Shown one piece after another: positions 13,690 through 28,094 of a DNA stretch of 64,000 nt. The position numbers and the translations under genes are program-made. Below the pieces are notes generated by a model. That model searched no databases and was not told where the DNA came from. It saw only the letters and a program-made list of their open reading frames with translations. How positions within the stretch are numbered: the stretch's first letter is position 1; each line of letters starts with the position of its first letter. This DNA comes from Octopus sinensis (Eukaryota): assembly GCF_006345805.1 (NCBI RefSeq), contig NC_043012.1:44454001-44518000 (forward strand), written 5' to 3'.

Positions 13690-14700
13690 AGGATTCTTGA
13701 TGTGAAATCTTGTGTTGAAACAGATATTGTTATGCTTGGGGATGATCATCTTTTGCCAATTAAACACATGCATTATTTATTTGATCTTCACTTGAGATTT
13801 TATTATTATTATTCATTTGTTCGAATTCTTTCGTCACACACTTTCTGTGATCTCTTCAGAGACTTTCTGTCCCTCATGTCTCCTCTTCTCTCATCCCTAT
13901 CTATGCATGTGTTTATGTCTGTATATGTGTATTTGTGTGTGTCTATCTGTTTAGTATGTGTATGTGTGTCTTGTGTGCAAATATATAGATTTGTAGATTA
14001 CACTGTTTGTACCCATGTTTTTTATTTATAGGAATGTAGTCTATAGTTTAAGGTTTAGAGGGGGACAGCACAGAAAAAGGATAATGACGTACATTGCAGA
14101 GACTGTGTGTAGCATAGGAGAGAGCATAAGTCAACACTGGCAGGAATTCAAGGAGAAAAGCTCATCAGTACTATACCAGCATGCTCAAATACAACATGGA
14201 TGTTCAGTTGATAATATAGATGTTAGGATCTTATTGACACACAGAACAGATACAGCACTCAGACAGATTACAGAGGCCATACACATAATAGAACATAGAC
14301 CTAACCACAACAAAAAATGTGGATGGAGTAATAACACTCCCCCACTCCATCTCACTACATAACCTGATGACTAAAAACAAGATGAGAAAAGAAAAAGTAA
14401 ATAAAAGACATGGGTAGAAACCCATATACATGCACACACACATATTAAACACATAGACACACACACAGATACAGATGTAAAGGTATGTGCAGATAGGGAT
14501 ACATACCACAGAAAGACAAAATAGAATAGATAGGACAAGAATATATAGAGAAGAGGAGATATGAGGGACAAAATGTTACTGAAGAGGTAACAGAATGTGT
14601 AATGAAAGAACTGAAAAATAATAAATTATAACAAAGTGAAGATCAAATAAACAGTGTCTCATTGGCAAAAGATGATCATCTCCAATATAACAACACACAT
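13690..14700 (+). mobile_element. Duplicate of the PLE remnant; GIY-YIG frame open in this copy
   Basis: ORF 14015-14362: NVVYSLRF...YIAETVCSIGESISQH...SSVLYQHAQIQHG...RQITEAIHIIEHRPNHNKKCGWSN. Confidence 0.72.
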
Positions 14701-15000
14701 ATATGTATATATGAAATATGTGTATATATATGAATATATATATATTATGTATATATATGAATATATGTATGTATACATGCATATATGTATGTATATATAT
14801 ATATATATTATATATACATATATATATATATATATATACATTTATATATACATATACATATATATATATATTTATATATACATATATATATATATACATA
14901 TATACACATACACATTTATATATACATATATATATATATACATATATACACATACACATTTATATACATATATATATATACATATATACACATACACATT

Positions 15001-15032
<32 letters not shown>

Positions 15033-15116
15033 CATATATATAATATATATATATATACACATACACATTTATATATATATATATTTATATATATATATAT
15101 ATACATATATATATAC

Positions 15117-15157
<41 letters not shown>

Positions 15158-15229
15158 TATATACATATACACATACACATTTATATATATATTTATATAT
15201 ATATATATATATACATATAATATACATAT

Positions 15230-15269
<40 letters not shown>

Positions 15270-15320
15270 TATATACATATACATATATATATATATATAT
15301 ACATATATATATACATATAC

Positions 15321-15361
<41 letters not shown>

Positions 15362-15422
15362 CTATATATATACACACACATATATATATATACACACACA
15401 CACACATATATATATATATATC

Positions 15423-15453
<31 letters not shown>

Positions 15454-15478
15454 TATATATATATGTACACACACACAC

Positions 15479-15509
<31 letters not shown>

Positions 15510-15823
15510 ATATGTATATATATATATATATATATATGTATATTATATATATATATATAGTATATATATATGTATATATATATATATATATGTATATATA
15601 TTGTATATATATATATTATATATGTATATATATATATATATGTATTATATATGTATATATTATATATTATATGTATATAATATATATGTATATATTATAT
15701 ATATGTATATGTATATATGTATATGTATATGTATATATATGTATATATATATGTATGTATATATATATGTATATATATATATATAGATATGTATATATAT
15801 ATTATATATTATATATATATGTG

Positions 15824-15855
<32 letters not shown>

Positions 15856-16093
15856 CACATATATATGTATATATATGTATATATATATGTATATATATAT
15901 ATGTATATATATATGTATATATATATATGTATATATATATGTATATATATATATGTATATATATATGTATATATATATGTATATATATATATATATATAT
16001 GTAATATATATATGTATATATCTACATATATATATATATGTATATATCTATATATTATGTATATATATATGTATGTCTATATATATATATATG

Positions 16094-16131
<38 letters not shown>

Positions 16132-16309
16132 GTATATATTATATATATGTATATGTATATATATATATATTATATGTATATATATATATATATGTATGTA
16201 TATATATATATATATGTATGTTATATATATATATATATGTATTATATATATATATATATATAGTGTATATATATATATATATGTGTATATATATATAATA
16301 TATATGTAT

Positions 16310-16347
<38 letters not shown>

Positions 16348-16368
16348 ATATATATATATATATATAAT

Positions 16369-16403
<35 letters not shown>
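14700..16403. repeat. Duplicate compound TA-rich microsatellite
   Basis: Same layout as 11630-13336. Confidence 0.95.
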
Positions 16404-16404
<1 letters not shown>

Positions 16405-16667
16405 GTGAGAGAAAAATGTTAGTTTCCTCTTTCAATATATACTGCTGCTTGATTATTATATTTTTTCTTTTTCATTCTTTCTCTTTCACCCTCCTCTCTT
16501 TCTCATTCAATTATGATATATGTTTGTAATGGGTATTTACATATAGTTTATGCATACATGCATAATGTATGTATGTGTAAAAATGTATACGTATTCATTT
16601 ATACTATTTGTAAATCTTGTAAATAAATACATTTTGTGTGTGTGTATGTGCACATGTATGTATGTGA

Positions 16668-16700
<33 letters not shown>

Positions 16701-17163
16701 AATATATATATCCTTAAGCATGCATCTGTATGAAATTTTGTGTGAATGTCGAAATGTTAACTTTCATATTCATCTTTTTTTTTTCAATAAAGTTTTGTAA
16801 ATTAATAAATCAAAAATCTTAAGCCTACAATGAATGCACATGTTTTATATATAAAGCATAGTAACTTCTGTACATATAGCTAACACAACTGAAGATGCTT
16901 GATTTTACTAAAAACAAATCCTTTCTAATGCAACCCTTCCAAAAATTAACAATTGAATGATAGATTTACTTCAATTCTCCAGGAAAATTTGCTTATTATT
17001 TACTCTGGGCTATATGTAGATTTTATACATACATACATGTATGTGTGTGTGTGGGGGTAGATGTACGTTTAACATGCATCTGGATGTATGTTAAGTCAAA
17101 TGTATGTATGTCTATATATATAATATATGCATATACATATGTATATATATATATATACACATA

Positions 17164-17196
<33 letters not shown>

Positions 17197-17375
17197 GTAT
17201 ATTTGTGTGAATATATATGTGTGTGTATGTTTGTATATATATATATATATATCTCATGCACACACGTATGTGTCTGTGTGTGTATATTTAAAAACATATA
17301 TGTACATATGTACTTGTGTGTGTCTTGATATATATGTCTGTATATATTTAAATATAACTCCTCTTTTTTTTAAGC

Positions 17376-17540
17376 CAAAACAATAAAAGTTTAAAAAATA
17401 CAGGTTGATGGTTAAGACTATTAACTGGTATTTCAAAATTTTAGGATGAAGACTCTACCTAATTCTGAAATATTGAAGTACCAGATAGTAGAACTAACCA
17501 TCAACCTGTATTTTTTAATTGTAAAACTTGCATTGTTTTG
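17376..17540. repeat. Fold-back hairpin / possible MITE
   Basis: Perfect 24-bp inverted repeat TTAAAAAATACAGGTTGATGGTTA at 17391-17414 and 17495-17518; inner CTGGTATTTCAA/TTGAAGTACCAG and outer CAAAACAAT/ATTGTTTTG pairs. Confidence 0.6.
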
Positions 17541-17665
17541 TGCTTAAAAAAAATATTTAAAAGACTTATATATATGAGACAATGCTTCATAACAACTATA
17601 CTGTTTTATATATATATATATATATATATTCAAACATATATAAACACACATATATATGTACACAC

Positions 17666-17716
<51 letters not shown>

Positions 17717-19309
17717 AGAGCATCTGTGCGTGTGTGGATTTTTAATTTATCTACAAAGGTGTTTAAAAACATTTGCCTGGATAATATCTTTATAGGTTAT
17801 TTTGAAAGGATTTACACCTCTCAGTCGTAGTGTCTTCTTCATCTTCTGGGTCGGAAAGGAAGAGAAAGAAATTATTTTCAAACATGAGATTCTAAGAGCT
17901 TACAAAAATATTTAATGTACTTTGAAAGAACTATAATGGTACATTTTACTGAGAATATTCTGTTTTTGCTAATGCCCATGCTTGTAATAGGTAAATACAC
18001 TTTACAGTGATGAAGATTGAAATACTGAACACTTTTTATATCCCTTAACATATATAGTATAAGATGTGTGTACTGTGTGTGTATGTGTGTATATAGATAT
18101 ACATACACACACACATATACATACACCTTCTATATTTCATATATGATTTGACACGTGAAAACAGCTTCCCACTGGCATAGGCTTCGAGCAATGAACAAGC
18201 TAATCACACCCAACTGTTATCCATCAGATGCGATTTCAAGTTCAGCATGTGTACAGCAGATGAGATCAGGAAAAAGAAAAAGAAATTTTGAAAACCTCAA
18301 CTGTACCATACTGTCATGGCTATTCTTGCTTGCTTCCATTGCTAGTAACTTTTTTTGTTGATATGAAACTCAGCTAGTTTGGTAAAATGGGAATTATGCC
18401 TGTATATGTGTGTGTATGTATTTATATATTTGTGTGTTTGTATATACCTATTTGTACACACACGCATATGCACATATACATGCATATATATATGTATAAT
18501 TATGTATATACACACATATGCATATGTATATATATGAACACTGCACACATGTATAAATACATATATCTATGTGTGTGTGTGTAAATGCATGAATAAAATC
18601 ATACACAACATGTTCAATAAACATATATTTAGTCATGCCGTGAAATTATACAGTGAGCAAGATTGTTTAGTAAGTCAAAAATTGAAGAACTGACTGACCT
18701 ATGTTTAATATTTTTAAGACTTATCAAGGCCTTTCAACCTCAGCTCCCAGCTAATGAATTTGCAAAGAGTAACTCTTTTGGAAAAATATAAACAAATTCT
18801 TACTCATGTAATGTTATTTACATTTATATGTTTATTAAATATATTGTATATGATTTCATATACACATTTATTCAAAACAACTGTGTTGCTGCTTTCGTTA
18901 ATATATGTATACGTACACACACACACACACATGCACATGCACATACGTGTGCATGCACACACAACACACTCACACACATTGTACTTTAGGAAGGTCATTC
19001 TGCCAATACCAAACACCCTGGCTGTCATTTGATTTTTTAAAATTTTCAACATTAATCATTCTAGCCTTCAGTCCAACCTTTACTCCCTTAGTAACATTAG
19101 AATTAAAACCAATTCTATAAACACTACTGACACTGAGGACAGTAATACTGATAACCTCTTACATATAATATGATATGCAAATATCCTACTAACCTGCAAT
19201 TCAATAACAGATTCTGCATCTCACCTTTGCAGTTGAGGAAAGAAAAGCAAAATTTACACTTGCTAGAATGAAATTTAAACAAATTTTAAGGCAAATATAT
19301 ATATATATA

Positions 19310-20430
19310 TCATCATCATCATTGTTTAGCGTCTGTTTTCCATGCTAACATGGATTGGATGGTTCGACTGGGATCTGGGAAGCCAGGAGGCTGCACCAGG
19401 CTCCAGTCTGATCTGGCAGTGTTTCTACAGCTATATGCCCTTCCTAATGCCAACCACTCCGTGAGTGTAGTGGGTGCTTTTTACGTGCCACCAGCATGGA
19501 AGCCAGTCAAGGCAGCGCTGGCATTGTCCACGTTCGGTTGGTGCTTTTTACGTGCCATCAACACAGGTATCATAACTACAATTTCCATTTGATTTTTTGA
19601 TGTTGATGTACTTAACTCAATAGGTCTCCTCAAGCACAGCAGGTCACCCTATGATCCAAGGTAAGCACAGCAGGCCGTCCTGCGATCCAAGGCACTTTGG
19701 GTGGGCTGGGGCTTCTATGTGAAGCGGGTGCAGGAAACAGCCATGAACTCACGTTATTTGTTGGGTCTTCGCAGTCACAGCATATCTCCAGAGGTCTCGG
19801 TCTTTCGTCATTGCCTCTGTGAGACCCAACGTTTGAAGGTCATGCTTGACCACCTTCATCCCATGTCTTCCTGGGTCTACCTCGACCTCGGATTCCTTCA
19901 ACTGTTTGGGAGTGGCACTTCTTCACACATCTCTCCTCATCCATCCGTAGTACATGACCATACCAACGCAGACGTCTCTCTTGCATGCCACATTCAATGC
20001 TTCTTATGTCCAGCATTTCTCTCAGGGCACCTACACTCTGTCGTGTGTGCACACTGACATTACACATCCAGCGGATCATGCTAGCTTCATTTCTTTCAAG
20101 CCTACGCATCTCCTCTGCAGTCACAGCCCATGTTTCACTACCATGAAGCATGGCAGTTCACACACATGCGTTGTACAATCTACCATTCACTCTGAGTGAG
20201 AGACCTTTTGTCACCAGTAGGAGTAGGAGCTTTCTAAACTTTGCTCAGGCTATTCTTATTCTAGTGGTAACACTCTCTGAGCATCCACCCCCCACTACTA
20301 ACTTGGTCACCTAGGTAGTGGAAACTATCAACTACTTCTAGTTTTTCCCCCAGGAGTGAAATGGAATCTGTTTTCTGAATATCAATGGTGTCTATTACCC
20401 CTGTGCATCTGCTGCACACGAAAGCTATCT
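19310..20430 (-). mobile_element. 5'-truncated RTE-clade LINE (RT C-terminus and full 3' UTR)
   Basis: ORF 19840-20151: LHGSETWAVTAEEMRRLERNEASMIRWMC...RRLRWYGHVLRMDEERCVKK...GRGRPRKTW; UTR ends ATGCTAGC-like/GGAAAACAGACGCTAAAC plus (ATG)n. Confidence 0.85.
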
Positions 20431-22412
20431 TCTCGGTTAATTATATATACATATATATATATAACAGAGAAACAGAGTGATGGTAGTCCACCAACTTGAT
20501 ATTGAGGCCATAAATGAATATCTCCAGCAACTATTAGTTGTCATGTTTCCTGTCAGTGATCATACATTCATGAACAGAGATGTTTCCAAGTGTCTGCAGT
20601 GGCACTGAAGACTTTGGTATATTGACAATTCATACAAACTTGCAGATTGCATTATATGTAGCATTGGTGTAGTAACCATATATACAACAAATGATATTGA
20701 TTTTACAGTAAATATGAATGGAGATATGATTTACATTAGTGATGTTATCTTTCTCAATGTGAAGACACAGCCAACCTACTCATGGTATACCAAAATAAGC
20801 AACTCAATATCTAACAAAGTGATCCATATCTGTGATGATGTACTCTCAAAATGTAGATGATAAATACTTTGTACTTAAAATAATGACACAAGCTGACATC
20901 CAAAAATTAGGAAAAAATCACTATGGAAAGCATTTAACACAGAGCAAATTCCCTCTCCAGAGCATCCAGGTGACCAGTAGCTATGCGTCCAAGCACTCCA
21001 ACAAGCAACTACTTGTTCTAGCTTCTGAACTATGACTGGAAATTATTCATGTCAAAAAAAATACTCCTCCTCCTCCTCCTCTTATGTGACATCTGTGACC
21101 ACTAACCAGCTGGTCCTTGGGAGTTTCACTACATTTACAAATGTAAAAATTAACAAACTCATTTCAGATACAGTAAAGGGGATGATAGATGCATCCCAAC
21201 TGCATTAACCCTAAAAAATGCAAAAGCATACACAGGATTTCACAGAAGAGTATAGGAAAGGTTTGAAGCTTTCAACAGCAACTATACAAATGGAGTGTGC
21301 CCCACAGGAAGAAAAAAATAAATAGACAAGACAGGCTAACAGTATAATCAGAAATTCCAAATTGCAATGTTTATTGAAGTTATTCCCAAGAGCTTTAGAA
21401 AAGAACTTCATGAGAAAAAAACTGGAAATTACAGTAACAGAAAACAGCTCCATTTCATGATTAGTAAGTCATGTCTATTTTAAAAGCAAGACTTCGCACC
21501 AACAACTGCAGAGTGTGCACAACCAACCCACAAATAAACTGTAAACTAGGGACATGAGGTGCATGAAAGAGCAGTGCAATGATACTCCAATCACAACCTG
21601 TATAAGAGAAACAGTCCATTGTATAAGCAAAAGAATTGGTGTGCACTAGTGTGAATATGGTACAAAGTAACATACTTTACTAACATTCCATTAAAAAAAT
21701 AGACAACTAAACAAAGTTAAAATAAATATTATTTCTACATTCAAATGATCAAATATTGTGAAACATTACTGAATTGATAATATTAATGGACAAAGAATGC
21801 AAACCTTTAAAAATCAGTATACCAACACACCACCACCTCCTCTATTACACATACATACACAACACACACTCATGTTATGAATAGCAAAAAACAAACAAAA
21901 TGAAAATAAGAACAGAAACAAAGTAGACACACATACATGTGCATTGCATGCACAAATGCTTGACAACATACAAATAACAAGCAAAAGAAGAAATAAAAAT
22001 CAGGTGCAGAAATGGAAATCAAGTTGTTGAGAAGACCACAGATATATGAAAACTTTTGATAGACCAAACAAACTAATCAATGAATGAATAATTTGTTAAA
22101 TAATAAGTATTAATGTTAACAATATGAAAATGAAATGCAACCAATGGATGCTTCCATTGGTAGGATGCCCTTCTTAAAGTATGACTATCTGCTTCAACAT
22201 ATGGTTTCACATATAAAGTCTTGTAAAACAAAAATAAAAACCAAAATATAAACACATCACTCACTCACATACACACAGCCTATCATCTTCATTTTAATGT
22301 CCCCTATTGCATGAGTCAGGCAGAGATTTTTGTGGCGGATTTTTCTATGGCCTGATGCCTTTCCTATCACCAACCCTCAAGTGTTTCTTGTTAAATGATA
22401 TTGTATTTACTG

Positions 22413-22890
22413 CAGGCGTGGCCATATGGTAAGAAGCTTGCTTACCAACCATATGATTCCGGGTTCAGTCCCACTTCATGGCACCTTGGGCAAGTATCTT
22501 CTACTATACCCTCGGGCCAACCAAATCCTTGTGAGTGGATTTGGTAGACAGAAACTGGAAGAAGCCCATCGTATATATGTATATTTATATATATATAAAA
22601 TATGAATTAGAGATAAAACCACTTTAATACTAAATTGAATTTTTCCCTGTAAGTTTGGAGTTATACTCTCTAATATTATTATAAATATAGTGTGTGTGTC
22701 TGTCTGTGTTTGTCCTCCCACCATTACTTGATAACTAATGCTGGTGTATTTATGTCCCTGTAACTTACTGGTTTGGCAAAAGGGACCGATAGAATAAGTA
22801 GTAGGCTTACAAAGAATATGTCCTGGGGTTATTTGTTTGATTAAAAGCAGTGCTCAAGCATAGTCAGTCAAATGACTGAAACAAAAGAGT
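22413..22890 (+). mobile_element. tRNA-derived SINE family A (internal TA/TG microsatellite, CR1-like tail)
   Basis: Head GGTAAGAAGCTTGCTT..CCAACCA..GGTTCAGTCCCAC; tail GCAGTGCT..AGCAT..GTCAAATGACTGAAACA; about nine copies in the window. Confidence 0.75.
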
Positions 22891-23318
22891 ATGTATATAT
22901 ATATATATATAATATAATATGGGACAGTGTTGAAAGCTGATCTCAGAGCCCTAAACCTTATGAAGATGACAAAAAAACTGGGATGACTGAAAAGATGTGC
23001 TTCTTAAGAAGTCCCACCTCAATGAAATGGAGTCAGGAAGCACTATTTATGTGTGTGTATGTATCTATACTTCCGCCATCCATCATCTCTCTTACTGCAG
23101 CTCTTCTTTGATACTACTTAGTTTTCTTACTACTTTGAACCATTTCACTTGTCATTCCCACCCTCCACCTGCTTCATCCATTAATACTGTTCTCTCCATC
23201 CTCACTTTTCATTGATTCCCCACTGAGTCACCATATCTCACTTCCTTTACTACTATACATCTCTGACTCTCCTCATGCACTAAGCCTACCTCTCTCCTGC
23301 AGCTTACCCAACCACGTT

Positions 23319-23352
<34 letters not shown>

Positions 23353-24149
23353 CCTCTCCTGTCTATTGTATTAGCATTACTATTCTGCTGTTCTCAGCCT
23401 CCACCTTTTTACCTGCATTGTCAGTCATTTCCTACTCCCTATTATATCCCCTAACTCATGCATTATTGGTTATCCCCTCCCCACTTAACCACCCTTGAAT
23501 CCTTCCCAGTCTTTATAGTTGTCACCTACCTCCCCTCCTTCCACCCATCTCTTCGCCATCTACTCTTGCAACCTCCACCCATCCATACTTTTGGTTCCTC
23601 TCCTTTTACTCACATCCACTCACCTGGTTCTTTGAGGGTCCACCTAGGCACCTCACTATCAGTTTTTTATCTCTTTCCAGTTTTTTATCTCCGACCCTCA
23701 TTTTTAAAATGTGACAGTTATGTAGTTCTTTTCCAGCAAGAAGGCTCTGACCCCATCTCTCATACTTTAACTACTCATCTCCCAAACATAAAGGTTTAGT
23801 TTGACCATCCTCCCTGATGCCTCAAGGATTTCATGCAAGCACACATCCATCACGGTCCCCCATGTATGTTTGCAATTCATCAACATTTACCATTCCACTG
23901 TCCTGGAGCAAGCTATGTTACACATTTTCTTCCCCTATTGATTCTTCCTGGTTCTTCTAGGTACCTGATGCAATGACAAACAATTCTCATTCTTCTCTGC
24001 AGAATCTTCTCAGTTGCTTTGGGTCAGATCTTGATAATCCTGCTCATTGGTTAAACGAACTCCCCATGTAACATTCAGGGCCATTTTTAACATTCTTGTG
24101 TAGCTGCTCCTTTTAAAGTTTGCAGTCTTGCAAACTGCAAGGCAACCTC

Positions 24150-24330
24150 CCTAGTGCTGGTCCCACAAAAAAAGCAGTTCATGCTGTAAAGTAATTGGCG
24201 CAAGAAAGGGCATCCAGCCATAGAAACCATGCCAAACAACACTGGAGTACAAAGTATAATTTGGATCCATAGGATTCAGCAGCATAGAACATGGATGTCT
24301 TAAATGATGATGATGATGATGATGATGATA
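24150..24330 (+). mobile_element. Decayed RTE 3'-UTR fragment
   Basis: GAAAGGGCATCCAGCCATAGAAAC...(GAT)n tail. Confidence 0.5.
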
Positions 24331-24869
24331 TATGCACACACACCCACATGTATATCTATATACAATGTATTTGTAATTTGTTTGTCATAGGACTAGTTTA
24401 ATCTACAAAGAGAATTGAATTGCATATTTCCATATACCAAATTCTTTAAAATACCAACATTTAAAAGTAACAAAACAGTGACTTATAAACAATCAACATT
24501 CCATACCTAATATATTTGTTGTATCTAAACTTTATTGACCTCCCAGGTATCTTGTACTTCTAAAATATATTAAAACCATTTTTTTATATTTCTTTTCTTT
24601 TTTTTTTTACAGTCTTAGAATTACCAAAGAGTAGTAACTCTTTACTTGTTTGTCTCTTCAAATAAATATTTCATAAGTCACAAAAGAGTACATATATATC
24701 TATACATACATGCACATGTGTGCGTATATTTGTGGTTCAACCCATGCTAGCATGGAAAACAGATGATAATGATGATGTACAATGTATGTGCATTTGTGTG
24801 TGTATGTATGTAAATATATATATATATACGTTTATTGGCTAAACTGGCAAAATGACCATTCCAAAATAT

Positions 24870-24922
<53 letters not shown>

Positions 24923-24926
<4 letters not shown>

Positions 24927-25100
24927 TAAAAACGGTAAGATAACAAAAGAAAGAAAGAGGCCTCAATATTATGTAAATAGAGGAAATTTATCTGTAAATG
25001 GCCAGATAACCGAAGAGATGGTGTTGTGGATTTCCACTTCGGCATCAGAAACTCAGAGTTTTATCTTGGCTATTGAATAATTGTCACATATTAATTTACA
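24923..25100 (+). mobile_element. Short HHR-bearing pLTR-like element between (TA)n tracts
   Basis: Near-identical to 48371-48525; HHR-like motif at 25004-25066 with core CCGAAGA (U4 mutated). Confidence 0.6.
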
Positions 25101-26139
25101 GATATATATATATATATATATATTGTTATATTATATATATATAAATAATATTTATTCCAGAATATGATTTGAATATATCTCATCAGAATTAGAAGAAAAT
25201 TATTTCCTTTGTTTAGTTAAAATTTTTGAGAAATAAAGATAATGTGGATATTTTTAAAGCCATCAGGTGTAAGCAATGGGCATATTTCAATCTTATTGAA
25301 CCTTCTCAGTAAAGCAAGTACTGTTCTGTTGGTAAGCCTGTTAAATGATCAAGGAGAGATAATGTATTGATACTGGTTATGACTATCAACAAACTCCTTC
25401 CAGGAATTAATTAAAATCCAAAACCATCACAGACTGTTCTTGATCTATAACCATCACAGGGGTTCTTCAATTCTAACTGTAGAAAGAATTTCAGTTATAT
25501 GAAGATCTTCAACTCATAGTATTACATGTGTAACACTATTATATTTTGTAATTAGTATGGTAGAATACTTTCTTGCAGTGTTTACTCTTCGTTATATTGT
25601 TGATATTTATAATCAACATCATTGCATTCCTTTTTCTATTTCTTTATATATTGATCACATTTAAGTTCTGCCAGCAAAGTAGGATATTCTTTATTGAGGA
25701 AATCTAGTAAGCTCAAAATATGTCTTTTGCTTTCACATTTTAGCCTCAAACACAAGAAAAATTATATCTCTATTTTGCAAAAATTCCAGTTGGAGTTATC
25801 AGCTTGTCTTTTTTTTTTACATTTTAAAGATTTGTTGAGGAAGTTTTCACCTACTAATTGTATGAATAATCTCCAGGTTGTTCAACTATATTACATATGC
25901 AAGACTGTAGCATATGTGTATTTAGTATGCAACATACTTTCCTGGGGTATTTTTCTCCAGCCTTTTGTTTTTTGTTGGTGGGATCTTGTGTGTCCTTATT
26001 TTACAGGATATTTTTAAAAGTATTTCTATAGGGTTTTAAATTGAGCTCTATGATACTAAAAGATCAAAACAGCAATTTGTGTCCTTTCAAATTCCTGTGA
26101 AAAAAGATTTTAAATCAAATTAAGTTACAATTGATCTAT

Positions 26140-26375
26140 ATAATAATAATAATCCTTTCTACTATAGGCACAAGTCCTGACATTTTGGAAGATGTAGGTA
26201 AGTCAGCCACATGGACCCTAGTACTCAAACTTAACTAGTACTTATTGTATCAACCCCAAAAGGACAACAGGTCAACTTTGCTTTTCATCCTTTCAGGGTC
26301 AATAAAATAAGTACTAATTCAGTATTGTGGTTGATGCAATCAACTAGCCTTCTCCCACAAAATTTCAGGCTTATC
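26140..26375. mobile_element. Two oppositely oriented fragments of the Nin-like SINE
   Basis: 26150-26265 matches 203-340 in the same (-) orientation; 26275-26372 matches it in + orientation. Confidence 0.45.
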
Positions 26376-26417
26376 ATCATCACTATTATTACAATAATAA
26401 TAATAATAATAATAATA

Positions 26418-26494
<77 letters not shown>

Positions 26495-27084
26495 ATCTGA
26501 AGGGCAGAGGTTGAAGGAAACTTCATGGATAAATTTCAAAAACAGTGGGGTTTAAGCAGAATCAATTATGAAAAAGAAAAGACATGGAAAATAAAAGCAA
26601 GCAAAAAGTATAAAATAAGGCACCCTAAAAGGTTAATCCATTTAGGGCCAATTGATGTATTTGATAGATTCCTGACTAATTTGACTACAAATGGCAAGTG
26701 CCATCTTCCAGTTAAGTTCCCAAGCTTTCAGATGTATGGTGGAATGTGAAGAAGTTGATGAAGGCTTATTGATTTCTAATTTCAATATAATACTGCAAAT
26801 TTACTGGGGAAAAAATATAATCTAACGAACTTTAATACACAACTGCTACATATTCCATCACACACATACACACACACACACACCCTCTCTGTGAGTTGAA
26901 AAGTAGAGTTCTCTCCAATGTGATTTGAACTCTGATCATAGAGATAGAAAAATAAAGACCCCCAAGGCATATAACCTGGCACTCAGCCATATCTGCTATC
27001 CATTATAATGAAGATAGTTACATTAGCCAAAGGATAATGTAAATTTGTTGGTTTGAGATTAAGTCAAACAAACCATCCTTAGTA

Positions 27085-27320
27085 TATGGCTAGTACTAAG
27101 GTGGTGAGCTGTCTGAATCCTTAGCATGTTGGGCAAAATGATTAGCAGCATTTCGTCTGTCTTTACATTCTGAGTTCAAATTGGAGCGAGGTCGCCTTTG
27201 CCTTGCATCCTTCCAGGATCAATAAAACAAATACTAGTTTAGCAGTGGGGGGGGGGGATCGATATAACCACTTAGCCCCCCTTCCCAGAACTTGCTGGCC
27301 TTGAAACCAATATATGGCTA
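27085..27320 (+). mobile_element. Nin-like SINE copy
   Basis: GGTGGTGAGCTG..GAATC..TTAGCATG...CTGAGTTCAAATT...CTTTGCCTTGCATCCTTCC..GATCAATAAAA. Confidence 0.5.
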
Positions 27321-28049
27321 GTTCTTATTGTATTTCACCAGCCCTCAAGCAATGAAATTTGAAGTCAATGACAATGGAATATGAACTCAGAATCTAGAGG
27401 CATGAAGCCAAATCCTATAAGGCATCCAGTCTTGTAGTCTCCTACTTCTGGCTCTCCAGAAAATTTATTGCTATTAGTAATAATATTATTGCTTTTGTAA
27501 TTGCTACATATGAGATGATATATAATTATTTCTGAAAAATTAACAGGTTACTTAGCACAGACACAGGACAAGTTCCAGAACATAACAAATGTAGTCTATA
27601 AATGTTGCAAGAAATTTTGGAGCATTTAACCGTGACCATTTGTAAGTGGGTGTGGAACAAGAAGTTGCTCATTCTCTGTGATACATAAAAGGGAACTATT
27701 TGTGTACTTCTGAAAATAAATACATAAATATTGATGATATTCTTCAAGGAGAATATATAATGGTGTTTTTTTTTGTTTTGTTTTTTTGTTATATAAGCTT
27801 TAAATCTTACTTGAAACCAGACTTGTTCAATCAGAGCTGGCCTTGAGATATGAACTAACCTTGTTCATAAGACATTCATTAGTTTTGGAAGATGGGAATA
27901 AGAATTATCAATGCTAATTATATCTTTGAAACATTGATAACAACAAGTTTTAAATACTAGTAGCAGTAAAATAATGAAAATAACTATGGAACACTTCAAA
28001 TTATGCATATATAATAATGAGCTTAGTGTTTTTATTTATTGCCATGCTA

Positions 28050-28094
<45 letters not shown>

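Noticed and set aside
20560-21450. Coding-looking stretch with short ORFs
   Set aside because: All frames are interrupted, with no recognisable motif or consistent splice pair.
23030-23760. C/T-rich tracts here and at 62870-63560 with faint PLE RT-thumb-like phrases
   Set aside because: Too decayed to align by eye; needs TBLASTN.
27530-27715. Possible minus-strand exon after a tttattttcAG acceptor
   Set aside because: No partner exon, donor or recognisable product.
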